Notes: a model not told the origin generated them from the sequence alone. DNA of 64,000 nucleotides from Octopus sinensis (GCF_006345805.1 NC_043010.1:27590001-27654000), one strand, 5' to 3'; counted from the first letter of the stretch, positions 1-11,957 are shown. Made by a program: numbers and translations.

Positions 1-382
1 AACGATGAACTTTTATCTTACCTTATATATTATTTATTTATATGCTTCCTACATATATGTATTTTTATATATTTTTATATATCTATATACGTATATATTT
101 CTTTATATTTTTATGTATTTATTATTCTAGGTGTTGTAATGTTAAAAAAATATATAATATTTAGTCGCTAAAGTATTAATCATTAACTTTTAACCGCAAT
201 GAACTGTATTCACACATTTTTCTTTTATTTTTCTTATATGCTTGTATTGATGAGTTGTGTTTCATCCTCCGTGGTTTTATGCATGTATATTCTATATGAA
301 AGAAAAAGCATTATGTGATTCAATGTTCGAGATATGAAATGTTACGTGGATGACCTTATATTTGTTTGTTCTGCAACTATAG

Positions 383-423
<41 letters not shown>

Positions 424-430
<7 letters not shown>

Positions 431-533
431 ACCGACCAGTCCATCAGATGTAGTTACACCTCGCTGGTCGCAATGCGTTCGCATTGTTTTAGCCTTCGAA
501 TGACGCCACCCCGCTGGCTAAGCGAGCAGGCCG
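424..533 (-). mobile_element. 3' tail fragment of the (TA)n-tailed SINE seen full length at 52536-52823
   Basis: Matches 52536-52632; (TA)n on both sides; duplicated at 2659-2768. Confidence 0.75.
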
Positions 534-569
<36 letters not shown>

Positions 570-743
570 TAAGAAAGTTTGTTTGGTAAAGCACGTGGGT
601 GAATATATAAGAAAATAGTAAAGTGTGAAAAAACGACAGAAGGCTTAAATGTTAAAAAATATATATATTTGTGTCAAAATGTCTGGAGAATATTGGAAAA
701 TTTTTTTTCCTTTCCTTAAAATGACATAATTTTAAAATTTTTA

Positions 744-783
744 AAGAAATTACCGGTTTCGCGTGTAGCTTTTCAAATTTCTT
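744..783 (-). ncRNA. Hammerhead family 1, inverted copy
   Basis: Reverse complement of 2450-2489 inside the inverted pLTR. Confidence 0.75.
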
Positions 784-819
784 GTGACGTTATGTTTATA
801 TTGCATGGAGTTATCGTCA

Positions 820-2266
820 CCTTCCAAAAAAAAAACCAAGGAAGAAACAATCCTGGTTTCATTTGATGTAGTCAACTTGTATACCAGTATACCTCACATT
901 ATGGACTGGAGGCAATACAGTTCTGGTTAGACCAATTTCCGGAAGAAATACCAAAAAGGATCAGTAAGGAATTCATTACTAAATCAATTGAATTCATCCT
1001 ACACAATAACCACTTCATGTTTGACAATACATTTTACCGTCAAAAATCCGGAATTGCTATGGGTACAAGGGCAGCACCAGTCATTGCGAACTTAACAATG
1101 GGATACATGGAAATAATCATTTACCAGGAATCTCTATCAATCTTTGGAAACTCCCTCTCTCAATACATAAAAGAGAATTGGAAACGATTCCTAGACGATT
1201 GTTTCATTCTCTGGAATGAAAACATAGATAAACTCCAAAAATTTAAAAACCTATTGAACAGCATAAACCCAAATATACAGTTCACAATGGAATACAACCA
1301 AAAGGAGCTCCCGTTCTTGGATATACTAATTAAAAAAATTAACCTTAAAATAGAAACAGACATTTTTTACAAAGCCACAGACGCCAAACAATACCTTCTT
1401 TTTAATTCATGCCACCCAAGACACACTAAAACAAACATCCCCTTCAACCTTGCAAGAAGGATATGCACAATAGTGTCAGAACAAAATACCAGGAACTTTA
1501 GACTGCAAGAACTCAAAAACACCCTAATTGACAGACATTACCCAGCTCAACTCATAGAGGATGGGATCAGACGTGCAACAGAAATCAACATAGAAACTTT
1601 AAGAAAAGTTCAACACAACAACACACCTTCCCCGAAAATACTACCTTACATATCTACATACAACCCCAGAAACAAAGAAGCCTTCACCATCATCACCCAG
1701 AATTTACCAATACTTCATAAAAACCCAAAATTAAAGGAAATTCTAAACATACACCAAATCATTAAAAGCTACAAACAGCCTAAATCACTAAAAAGATTCT
1801 CACAAAGGCAAAATTGTCTTCTAAAATTACGGATGCAAAAGTAAAAAAATGTGGTAGATCGAACTGTGCAACATGTCCTAACCTATTGGAAGGATCAGAA
1901 TTCTTCTTTAAAGAGGGACAGAAATTCAAGATCAAATCTAACTTTACTTGTGCCTCTGAAAACATAATTTATGTCATTAAATGCTCGGGCTGCCACCAAG
2001 ACTACGTGGGTTCCACGGGACTATCACTCAGGCGTAGATGCACACTGCATCGACAACAGATTGCATTCCCAGAATATAGAATGATACCTTTTAGTGAGCA
2101 CATTGAGAAATGCGCAAAGCAACTACTGCCACAATTTTTAATCTTCCCATTTTACCAATGTGCTTTCGGATCATCAACACAAATGAGACTGAACAAGGAA
2201 ACATTCTTCATTGAAAAGTACAAACCCAGACTCAACCATCCGAACATACTGACACAGAGAAATTAA
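820..2266 (+). pseudogene. PLE reverse transcriptase + GIY-YIG endonuclease ORF, frameshifted (ORFs 1017-1844 and 1814-2266)
   Basis: RT core/thumb, Cys-rich linker CGRSNCATC, GIY-YIG with the two His (LHRQQ, SEH); frameshifts near 898 and 1789. Confidence 0.9.
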
Positions 2267-2449
2267 CAAGGGAAAGGGAAAAACCATCCGAACATACTGA
2301 CACAGAGAAATGAACAAGGGAAAAGGAAAAAAAATTTTAAGCGATTATCTCCCTTACACCGGAAGAAATCACTCACTACCTCCCCTTATTTAGAAATCTC
2401 CTGAAAATAAATACAACGATAACTCCATGCAATATAAACATAACGTCAC

Positions 2450-2489
2450 AAGAAATTTGAAAAGCTACACGCGAAACCGGTAATTTCTT
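2450..2489 (+). ncRNA. Minimal type I hammerhead ribozyme, U3-A8 core variant (family 1)
   Basis: AAGAAAT-TTGAAAA-GC tacac GC-GAAA-CCGG-TA-ATTTCTT: 7-bp stem I, palindromic stem III ACCGGT. Confidence 0.8.
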
Positions 2490-2622
2490 TAAAAATTTTT
2501 AAATTATGTCATTTTAAGGAAAGGAAAAAAAATTTTTCCAATATTCTCCAGACATTTTGACACAAATATATATATTTTTTAACATTTAAGCCTTCTGTCG
2601 TTTTTTCACACTTTACTATTTT

Positions 2623-2658
<36 letters not shown>

Positions 2659-2665
<7 letters not shown>

Positions 2666-2768
2666 ACCGACCAGTCCATCAGATGTAGTTACACCTCGCT
2701 GGTCGCAATGCGTTCGCATTGTTTTAGCCTTCGAATGACGCCACCCCGCTGGCTAAGCGAGCAGGCCG
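2659..2768 (-). mobile_element. SINE tail fragment, duplicate of 424-533
   Basis: Identical sequence within the tandem duplication. Confidence 0.75.
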
Positions 2769-2808
<40 letters not shown>

Positions 2809-2982
2809 TAAGAAAGTTTGTTTGGTAAAGCACGTGGGTGAATATATAAGAAAATAGTAAAGTGTGAAAAAACGACAGAAGGCTTAAATGTTAAAAAATA
2901 TATATATTTGTGTCAAAATGTCTGGAGAATATTGGAAAATTTTTTTTCCTTTCCTTAAAATGACATAATTTTAAAATTTTTA

Positions 2983-3022
2983 AAGAAATTACCGGTTTCA
3001 CGTGTAGCTTTTCAAATTTCTT
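2983..3022 (-). ncRNA. Hammerhead family 1, inverted copy with stem II G-C changed to G-U
   Basis: As 744-783 but tttcacgtg instead of tttcgcgtg. Confidence 0.7.
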
Positions 3023-3057
3023 GTGACGTTATGTTTATATTGCATGGAGTTATCGTC

Positions 3058-4467
3058 ACCTTCCAAAAAAAAACCAAGGAAGAAACAATCCTGGTTTCAT
3101 TTGATGTAGTCAACTTGTATACCAGTATACCTCACATTATGGACTGGAGGCAATACAGTTCTGGTTAGACCAATTTCCGGAAGAAATACCAAAAAGGATC
3201 AGTAAGGAATTCATTACTAAATCAATTGAATTCATCCTACACAATAACCACTTCATGTTTGACAATACATTTTACCGTCAAAAATCCGGAATTGCTATGG
3301 GTACAAGGGCAGCACCAGTCATTGCGAACTTAACAATGGGATACATGGAAATAATCATTTACCAGGAATCTCTATCAATCTTTGGAAACTCCCTCTCTCA
3401 ATACATAAAAGAGAATTGGAAACGATTCCTAGACGATTGTTTCATTCTCTGGAATGAAAACATAGATAAACTCCAAAAATTTAAAAACCTATTGAACAGC
3501 ATAAACCCAAATATACAGTTCACAATGGAATACAACCAAAAGGAGCTCCCGTTCTTGGATATACTAATTAAAAAAATTAACCTTAAAATAGAAACAGACA
3601 TTTTTTACAAAGCCACAGACGCCAAACAATACCTTCTTTTTAATTCATGCCACCCAAGACACACTAAAACAAACATCCCCTTCAACCTTGCAAGAAGGAT
3701 ATGCACAATAGTGTCAGAACAAAATACCAGAACTTTAGACTGCAAGAACTCAAAAACACCCTAATTGACAGACATTACCCAGCTCAACTCATAGAGGATG
3801 GGATCAGACGTGCAACAGAAATCAACATAGAAACTTTAAGAAAAGTTCAACACAACAACACACCTTCCCCGAAAATACTACCTTACATATCTACATACAA
3901 CCCCAGAAACAAAGAAGCCTTCACCATCATCACCCAGAATTTACCAATACTTCATAAAAACCCAAAATTAAAGGAAATTCTAAACATACACAAATCATTA
4001 AAAGCTACAAACAGCCTAAATCACTTAAAAAGATTCTCACAAAGGCAAAATTGTCTTCTAAAATTACGGATGCAAAAGTAAAAAAATGTGGTAGATCGAA
4101 CTGTGCAACATGTCCTAACCTATTGGAAGGATCAGAATTCTTCTTTAAAGAGGGACAGAAATTCAAGATCAAATCTAACTTTACTTGTGCCTCTGAAAAC
4201 ATAATTTATGTCATTAAATGCTCGGGCTGCCACCAAGACTACGTGGGTTCCACGGGACTATCACTCAGGCGTAGATGCACACTGCATCGACAACAGATTG
4301 CATTCCCAGAATATAGAATGATACTACTGCCACAATTTTTAATCTTCCCATTTTACCAATGTGCTTTCGGATCATCAACACAAATGAGACTGAACAAGGA
4401 AACATTCTTCATTGAAAAGTACAAACCCAGACTCAACCATCCGAACATACTGACACAGAGAAATTAA
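3058..4467 (+). pseudogene. PLE RT + GIY-YIG ORF copy 2, frameshifted, 36-bp in-frame deletion
   Basis: ORFs 3255-3764, 3701-4081, 4051-4467; lacks PFSEHIEKCAKQ present in copy 1. Confidence 0.9.
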
Positions 4468-4669
4468 CAAGGGAAAGGGAAAAACCATCCGAACATACTG
4501 ACACAGAGAATGAACAAGGGAAAAGGAAAAAAAATTTTAAGCGATTATCTCCCTTACACCGGAAGAAATCACTCACTACCTCCCCTTATTTAGAAATCTC
4601 CTGAAAATAAATACAACGATAACTCCATGCAATATAAACATAACGTCACAAGAAATTTGAAAAGCTACA

Positions 4670-4709
4670 CGCGAAACCGGTAATTTCTTTAAAAATTTTA
4701 AAATTATGT
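4670..4709 (+). ncRNA. Hammerhead family 1, second sense copy
   Basis: Identical to 2450-2489. Confidence 0.8.
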
Positions 4710-4849
4710 CATTTTAAGGAAAGGAAAAAAAAATTTCCAATATTCTCCAGACATTTTGACACAAATATATATATTTTTTAACATTTAAGCCTTCTGTCGT
4801 TTTTTCACACTTTACTATTTTCTTATATATATATATATATATATACATA

Positions 4850-5000
4850 TATATATAAAACTGAGAATGTGTGTCTGTCTGTGTGTTTCCCTAAAACTCG
4901 AGAACTACATTACCAATTTCATTCAAATTTTACACATGCCTTACTTAGGGTCCGGGGTGTGTCATGGGCAAAATAATGTTCAACTTCTTGCCTAGGGCGA
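4850..5000 (+). mobile_element. Probable 5' part of a non-autonomous Helitron-like element
   Basis: TATATATAAAACTGAGAATGTGTGTCTGTCTGTG resembles the 5' ends at 29144 and 60753; no 3' end located. Confidence 0.35.
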
Positions 5001-5729
5001 GCCCATAGCAATAACATATCTTCTCCACTATTTCAGTATTACGTGTTAAAAGTGAAACAAAAACATTTCTCTATTTTATGTCAGATACTTTCACATTAAC
5101 AATAGAAATTAGAGATAATAATAACAATTGAATTTTATGTAGTAAGTAATAATTACAATCAAACTAAAGTATAATATAATCGTAACATAACAAAAGTAAA
5201 AATAGCAATTGGTATAAAATTGCATCAATGACTTGAACTTGAATAAGTAGTTTCACATGAATGGGAATAAATTAAAATAAAATTAGCGCGCATAAATGGA
5301 ATAGTCCAGATGGAGCTATGCACATACCATTTACCACGGCTTTTACATTAGATTATCTGCTAATTAGCTAGCATTAAGTATCTATATGAAGTTTGGCTGT
5401 ATGTAATGTCTGTTTTCTCGAACAGCCGCTTCTACTGAGTACTGCTGTTGGTTTATTTCTTATACATAAAGGACTATAGCTTCAACTGTGTACTGCTTTT
5501 TGATTCACCGTAAGGTTTGTTATTATTATTACTGTTTTACTATTGTTATCACGTTTGTTGGTTCCTCGTAAGGGAAATGTTGTTGTGTTGCATTTTTTAA
5601 ATAATTGTAAACTGTAACCCTCCCCCTTTGGGAGAAGAAGCTTTGGTTATTGTTTAAAAATTGAATTGTGTCCCTGTTTGGGGAAATTGACAATATTTTC
5701 ACCGTTTACACGGAAGCATTTTTGTTAGA

Positions 5730-6280
5730 ATGCCTTCGATAGAAGAAAGTCCAAAAATGAATTTCACTGCAGCCGTCGACGGGCGCGAACTCATTAAAAT
5801 TAAAATGGAAGAAATACAAACCTATTTCGGATTGATCATCGACAAAGACGGTGAATCTAGGATAACACCACCAAATGAAATAAAAAATTAAATTAAAGAA
5901 AAGACTATTGTCTATAAAGTATACAATGTAGAGAGAAAAAAGATTTGAACACCTGGAGGAAAGCACCATCGAAAAGTGTCTTGGTGCGACTATGAAAGAT
6001 ATCTAACCAGAGGCGGTAAATTCGCCACAATAGAAGCAAGGTTCGAGTCAACGGAGCGTGCAAGGGAGTACTCGACTCGAACCTTGCAAAGTGGAAATAT
6101 TTTATTTTCACCTTTATATCTGGGACGTAGGACGTCCTGGATAAAAATTTAAAATGTCCCCCCAGAAGTAGAGGTAGGTTGGATTGTAGCCACACTTCTA
6201 TACAAGAGAGAGAACAAGATACAATTGATCGAAATTGCAAGAGACGGGCCTAAAATTCCAGTCAGTTATATATTTTGAGT
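5730..6280 (+). pseudogene. Decayed ORF1 (gag-like/RRM) fragment of an L1/Tx1-type LINE
   Basis: One frame with 3 stops reads FATIEARFESTERAREY...LFSPLYLGRRTSWIKI*NVPPEVEVGWIV, resembling Tx1-type ORF1 proteins (recalled similarity, not searched). Confidence 0.45.
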
Positions 6281-6428
6281 ATTGTTATCACTAGCGATAT
6301 CAAGACATAACTTTGTATTTTATGTGTAGATGTATATATATAGATGTACATGTAATATGTACACATATATATACACATATATACATGCACTATTGTTTAT
6401 AACCCTCTGAGAGTTTCTCATTCATATC

Positions 6429-6510
<82 letters not shown>

Positions 6511-6552
6511 TCAATAAATGGTGGGGTTGTGTTGACCGCACGTGGAGAAATG

Positions 6553-6688
6553 ATAAGCAAGGAAAAATTGTAAAAAGGCAGAATGCTAAATTGAAAGAAA
6601 ATTTCAAAAACTTTTTCCATACACCCATTTTCATTAAAATTTTCCTTCAATTTAGCATTCTGCTTTTTTACAATTTTTCCTTGCTTAT
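6553..6688. repeat. Inverted repeat, 52-bp arms, 2 mismatches, 32-bp spacer
   Basis: 6553-6604 vs 6637-6688. Confidence 0.9.
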
Positions 6689-6702
6689 ATATATATGTAT
6701 AT

Positions 6703-6812
6703 GGCCTGCGCGCTTAGCCAGCGGGGTGGCGTCATTCGAAGGCTAAAACAATGCGAACGCATTGTGATCAGCGATGTGTAGCAACATCTGATGGTCTGGT
6801 CGGTCACGTGAT

Positions 6813-6819
<7 letters not shown>
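6703..6819 (+). mobile_element. SINE tail fragment of the same family as 424-533, opposite orientation
   Basis: GGCCTGCGCGCTTAGCCAGC...GGTCACGTGA followed by (TA)n. Confidence 0.75.
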
Positions 6820-6897
<78 letters not shown>

Positions 6898-7274
6898 GGA
6901 AGCACAGACAAACAGATGCTGGCATACAACACGCATGGAACAGCAACGAAAAATCACGTACAGTCATTGAGATCAGTTTTCCTGTAAATGTGAACAACTC
7001 TTCCAAAATGAAGGAGAAGGTAAATATTTACGGACACATGCTTCAAGACCAGCAGCTTATCTGCGTATGAATTCGTACTTAAACAAGTAATAAATGTTTC
7101 AGTGACAAACTGGAAATGTTAGGATTTTAAGGTACAGAAAGAGACCGGCCAAGACAATATGGACCAGTCGAACTCTAGGGTCGATGTAATTGAATTCCCT
7201 GTCCCACGAAATTGTGGGCTTTGTGTCAGAATTTAAAACCAGTATTATTATTATTATCATTTTCATTATTATTA

Positions 7275-7308
<34 letters not shown>

Positions 7309-7333
7309 CATCATCATCACCATCATCACCATT

Positions 7334-7373
<40 letters not shown>

Positions 7374-7414
7374 TCATCATCATTATTATTATTATTATTA
7401 TTATCATTATATAA

Positions 7415-7626
7415 GGCGGCGAGCTGGTAGAAACCTTAGCACGCCAGACAAAATGCTTAGCGGCATTTCGTCCGTCTTTACATTCAGAGTTCAAATTCCG
7501 CCGAGGTCGACTTTGCTTTTCATGCTTTCAGAGGCGATAAATTAAATACCATTGGTGTACTGAGGTCCATGTAATCGATTTGTTCCCTCCTCCCAAATTT
7601 ATGGCCTTGTGCCTTCAGTAGAAAAG
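7415..7626 (+). mobile_element. tRNA-derived SINE family A (GGCGGCGAGCTGGCAG head; GCCTTTCATCC...GTCGATAAATTAAGTACCAG central domain)
   Basis: A/B-box-like head, many diverged copies in the window; flanked by (ATT)n/(ATC)n. Confidence 0.8.
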
Positions 7627-7672
<46 letters not shown>

Positions 7673-7673
<1 letters not shown>

Positions 7674-10400
7674 CTTCTTTCAATTCTGTTTCCATTTCTT
7701 GCCGAGTGTCTACCTGACGCCTAGGGCAGAGGACCGTACTGTATACATCGGTAGGCCCAACACGCCAAGTTGTTCATTTACAAAGTCATGTCACAGAAGA
7801 GAAAAGTGGGGAAGACGTAGAAAAAAGGAAAAGTTAAAAAATAGAAAAGTAAACAAATAAAATAAAGGAGGAAAAGAAAAGAATGTTCACAGCGACAATG
7901 CTCTTCTCAATATGCGTGACCAGTTACCAGTTAAGACAATCTTTTGCACTTTCCTTCATGGATGGTAAGCCAGAGATCATTCTTAAATAATTTTCAGTTC
8001 TTTTTTTGATCATACCAAGTCCTCCTACAGCCACTGGTATTGTAACCGTTTGAGATGCCACATCTTTTTGATTTCGATTAGCAAATCTTTATATTTTCTG
8101 AGCTTATCAATTTCTTTTGCCGAGATATTAAGGTGACAGGGTACGCTCATGTCAATCAATAAACAGACTTTGTGGTTTGGGTCTTTCACAATATCAGGTT
8201 TATTTGCCCTGATGGTCCGGTCTGTACATCCTGGGAAGTCCCAAAGAATACTTACATTTTCTCCCTCAGTTACAGCCTCAGGGCGTAAAAAAAATAACAT
8301 CATCAAAATCTTGAAGCTACAAGATAATATAAGATTAATACAAGCCAAGAAAAATGGACGACAAAAAGTATACAATGTTCAACTCTTTCTATTGTTTTCT
8401 ATTTTCTATTGTCTTCTGTTTTTTTTAATGCCGACCCATTATCCAATGTAGATATTGGCCAACTCTGTCATGTCTTAATTTGTACTCTACAGGTGCTAAA
8501 ACCTTACACCCAGAGATTAGGTGGTCAACTGTTTCTATCCCATTGTTGTAGTATCGGCACTTTGAGTCTACACCATTTTTCTATCACACTAGCTTGGTAG
8601 TTCCAGGTCGATAAGCTCTGATCTTGGACAGCCAAGATAAAACCTTCTCTCTCTGCCTTTAGCCCTGAGCTCCGTAGCCACTGATAGGTGTGCTTCTGGT
8701 CTACATCAGCTTGTTTGCTACGGGCCACGTATTTGCCATGCAGAGGTTTTTGTTCCCACCTATCAGCCAATTCTTCAAGCGCATTTTGCTTTCCTATTGA
8801 TTTCGCCTTCTTTGCAACTACAGTTGTCGTACATCCATCATGCTGCTCAACCTGGGTATTATGCATAAACTCTCTTGAAAATATTTTACTCTCCTTCGTA
8901 ACAGAATGAAGCTTCTTACATCTTTCATGGTTTTCAACGAGCTTTAGCATCCAGTCGTTCGATGTTTCAAGATATTTTGCCAGTCCAGTTGTGGTGGTTT
9001 TGTAGATTTCAAATTGGATCAAACCTCGACCTCCTTGAGCTCTGGGTAGGTAAAGGCGTTCTGCGTCAACTTTGGGTGATGCATTTTATTAAAAGTCAGT
9101 AGCTTACGGATCTTCCTTATTTCGTTCATATTCCAGTTCAACACATTAAAACTGTAAATAACAAATGGAACTGCTTAGGAAGTTCTAGCTAACACGTTGT
9201 TACGTGCATTTAACTCGGATTTTAGGACTGCTCGAATTTTCCTGTAACACTCCTTCCTGATCTTCTCTTTCATCCTTGCATGTTGAATGCCAGAGCCCTC
9301 GTTCATTCCGAGGTATTTATATGTTTGTTCCTGATCGAGTTCTTTTATGACTATGTCAACATCCAACACCACTAAATGTGAGGTCTTCAGTTTCCCTTTC
9401 TGGAAAGTGACCTTGGCACATTTATCAAGACCAAATTCCATCACAATGTCATCACTGAATACTTTCACAGTACGTAGTAGTCCTTCAAGCTCGTCTTTGC
9501 CATATTATATTAAGTCATCCATATAAAATAGATTACTTGTTTTCTTGTCGCCAATTTTATACCCATACCCTATTCTCTTAAGTTCACTTGTAAGTGGTAT
9601 TAGGGCTTTGCAGAAAATTAAAGGTAAAAGTGAGTCACCTTGGAAAATGCCGTAGTTGGTATCAATATTTTTGTGGTCAGTACTCCATTAGAGTGATATA
9701 AAAAGAGATTCGTATTCCACACTGAAATGTTGTGCTTCAGGAAGTTTGAATTCACAGGAGAAATTTTGAAGATATCCAGCGATTTCAAGATCCATGAATG
9801 CAGTGTGTTGTTAAAGGCCTTTTTATAATCAATCCATTCAGAACTGAGATTTCTGCGTTTGTTATGACAATTTTCAAGGATCATGCGATTGATTAAGAGT
9901 TGCTCTTTGCATCCATATGAGCCACGTCGGCACCCTTTTTGTTCAGTGGGAAAAATATCGTTCTGTTCCTTAAATTTGTGTTTTCTCCGCGAGGATGGAT
10001 GTTAAAATTTTATGCGTGGTAAATAGACATTTTATGGGCCGATAGTTTTGGGGAGATTTTGTTTCATTATTCTTTGGGAGTAGGTAATGCCTATTGCCAA
10101 CCAATCATCTCTGGCTAATCGTTGAGAGGACGTTGGTGTTGCCTTGGCGGAGGTTTGCGCTCTCTGAGTCCTCTTGTTGTTGATGTTTTCATGAATTCTA
10201 GTTTTGTAATTCTTCAACTACGTAGCTTACATTGAGTTATTAACACGTGCAATGCACATATCTCCTCGGTGTTCCTTTGTGGTGCCAGCAGCTGCATGCA
10301 AAAAGATATCGCTAGTCTAAAACGTGTTTCCAAATAATTTCGTTCGGTCTCAAGCAAAATCTTCAACAATTTTTATTGTGAGAATTGTTTAGTTTGTTTT
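7673..10400 (-). mobile_element. R4/Dong-like non-LTR retrotransposon (RT + CCHC + restriction-like endonuclease), degenerate
   Basis: WIDYKKAF, LFYMDD (~9510-9530), MEFGLDKCAK, WEQKPLHGKY, EGFILAVQDQ, WDF..TDRTIRANKPDI..LIDMSVP..KYKDL; 3' end runs into (TAA)n. Confidence 0.88.
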
Positions 10401-10599
10401 TTGCTTTTTGTTTTGCTTTCTCCCTCTTCTCGTAAAAAAAGGGGCGTTATTTGATACTAGCTCGGAGAAATTGGCAAAATTATTTTCTAAGCACGGCGTT
10501 AAATTGCGTTTGAACCGTACATATTAAAGAATCACCTTTACCGAGTTTGATAAGGACGGATAGACGACGTTTCAATAATGCGGATGCTACTGGCGGTTT

Positions 10600-10871
10600 G
10601 TTTACATCTCTCTCCCCCCACCTCTCTCTCTCTCTCTCTGTCTTTTTTCTTTGTACCCCTCTCTCTCTCTCGCTGCCTGTCTCTTTCTCTTTTTCTCTCT
10701 CTTTCTCTCGCTCTCTGTCTTTTTCTCTTTGTCCCTCTCTTCTCTCTCGCTCGCTTTCGCTGTCTCTCTTTCTCTCGCTCGCTGTCTTTCTCTCTCTATG
10801 TCTCTCCTTAGATCTCTCTCTCTTTTTTATGATCCTCTCTCCCTCTCTCCCCCCTCTCTCTCGCTCTCTGT

Positions 10872-10905
<34 letters not shown>

Positions 10906-11013
10906 TTGTCTCTTTGTCCCTCTCTTCTCTCTCGCTCGCTTCCGCTGTCTGTCTCACTTTCTCTCGCTCTCTCTGTCTTTTTCTCTTTGTCCCTCTCTTC
11001 TCTCTCTCTCTCG

Positions 11014-11044
<31 letters not shown>

Positions 11045-11480
11045 GCTCTCTGTCTTCTCTCTCTATGTCTCTCCTTAGTCTCTCTCTCTTTTTTATGATC
11101 CTCTCTCCCTCTCTCCCCCCTCTCTCTCGCTCTCTGTTTCTTTCTCTCTTTCTTTCTCTCTCTCTCTTTGTCTCTTTGTCCCTCTCTTCTCTCTCGCTCG
11201 CTTCCGCTGTCTGTCTCACTTTCTCTCGCTCTCTGTCTTTCTCACTTTGTCTCTCTCTCTCTCATTCGCTTTCGCCGTCTCTTTCACTTTTTCGCTCTCT
11301 GTCTTTCTCTTTCTCTATGTTTCTGTCTCTGTCTTTCTTTCTCTATGACTTTATCTCTCTCTCTCGCTCTCTCTCTTTCGCTCTCTGTCTTTCTCTCTCT
11401 CTCTCTCTATGTTTCTGTCTCTGTCTCTCTTTCTCTATGACTTTCTCTCTCTCTCCCTCTCCTCCCCCCTCTCTCTTTCC
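10600..11480. repeat. ~880-bp polypyrimidine (CT)-rich tract with ~266-bp internal duplication
   Basis: Marker TATGATCCTCTCTCCC at 10828 and 11094. Confidence 0.85.
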
Positions 11481-11957
11481 TATGACTGCTTTCGGCTGGT
11501 TTTGATATCTTCTAAAAACCGATCATTAGTGTCGGAATGACAATTGCTAAGTATCACAGCTCTTTCTCAGGCTAAAAAGAAAAAGAGATTCCTGCTGTTG
11601 AAGCTGTTTAATCGCGAAGTAGTCGGATCCTGGAGTTGAGTATGCTTCGTTCCAGTATGTTACAACCGCTTCCGAAAACCGTTAGATGGAGATTTTCACG
11701 CATTTTTACATAACTACATCGTCTTAGATTATTCGTGGATTCAAAATTGGATTCAATAAGTGCGTTGTTATTATAAATCAAATATGGTGGCTAAGAGAAT
11801 CCAACTGGAGAAAATTATTCTTGTAATCCGAATTGAATTGTGCCGGGTTGCCAAGTGAACAGTGTTTTCCATTTTTCCATCTTTATAACAGGAAAATCAT
11901 TAGAAAATTACTATTTTTAAATCTCACAACGCGAGATATTCATCAACAGTACTTTGT

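Larger units (their letters stand above)
566..2626 (+). mobile_element. Penelope-like element (PLE), 5'-truncated, copy 1, with inverted pLTR segment (566-816) at its 5' end
   Basis: RT motifs SFDVVNLYTSIP (~858-894), GIAMGTRAAP, RFLDD, FLDILI; GIY-YIG motif NIIYVIKCSGCHQDYVGSTG; ~601-816 is the reverse complement of 2417-2630, the typical PLE inverted pLTR. Confidence 0.93.
2804..4830 (+). mobile_element. Penelope-like element copy 2 (tandem duplicate of copy 1)
   Basis: Near-identical to copy 1 at an offset of ~2238 bp, with the same truncation point and inverted segment. Confidence 0.93.
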
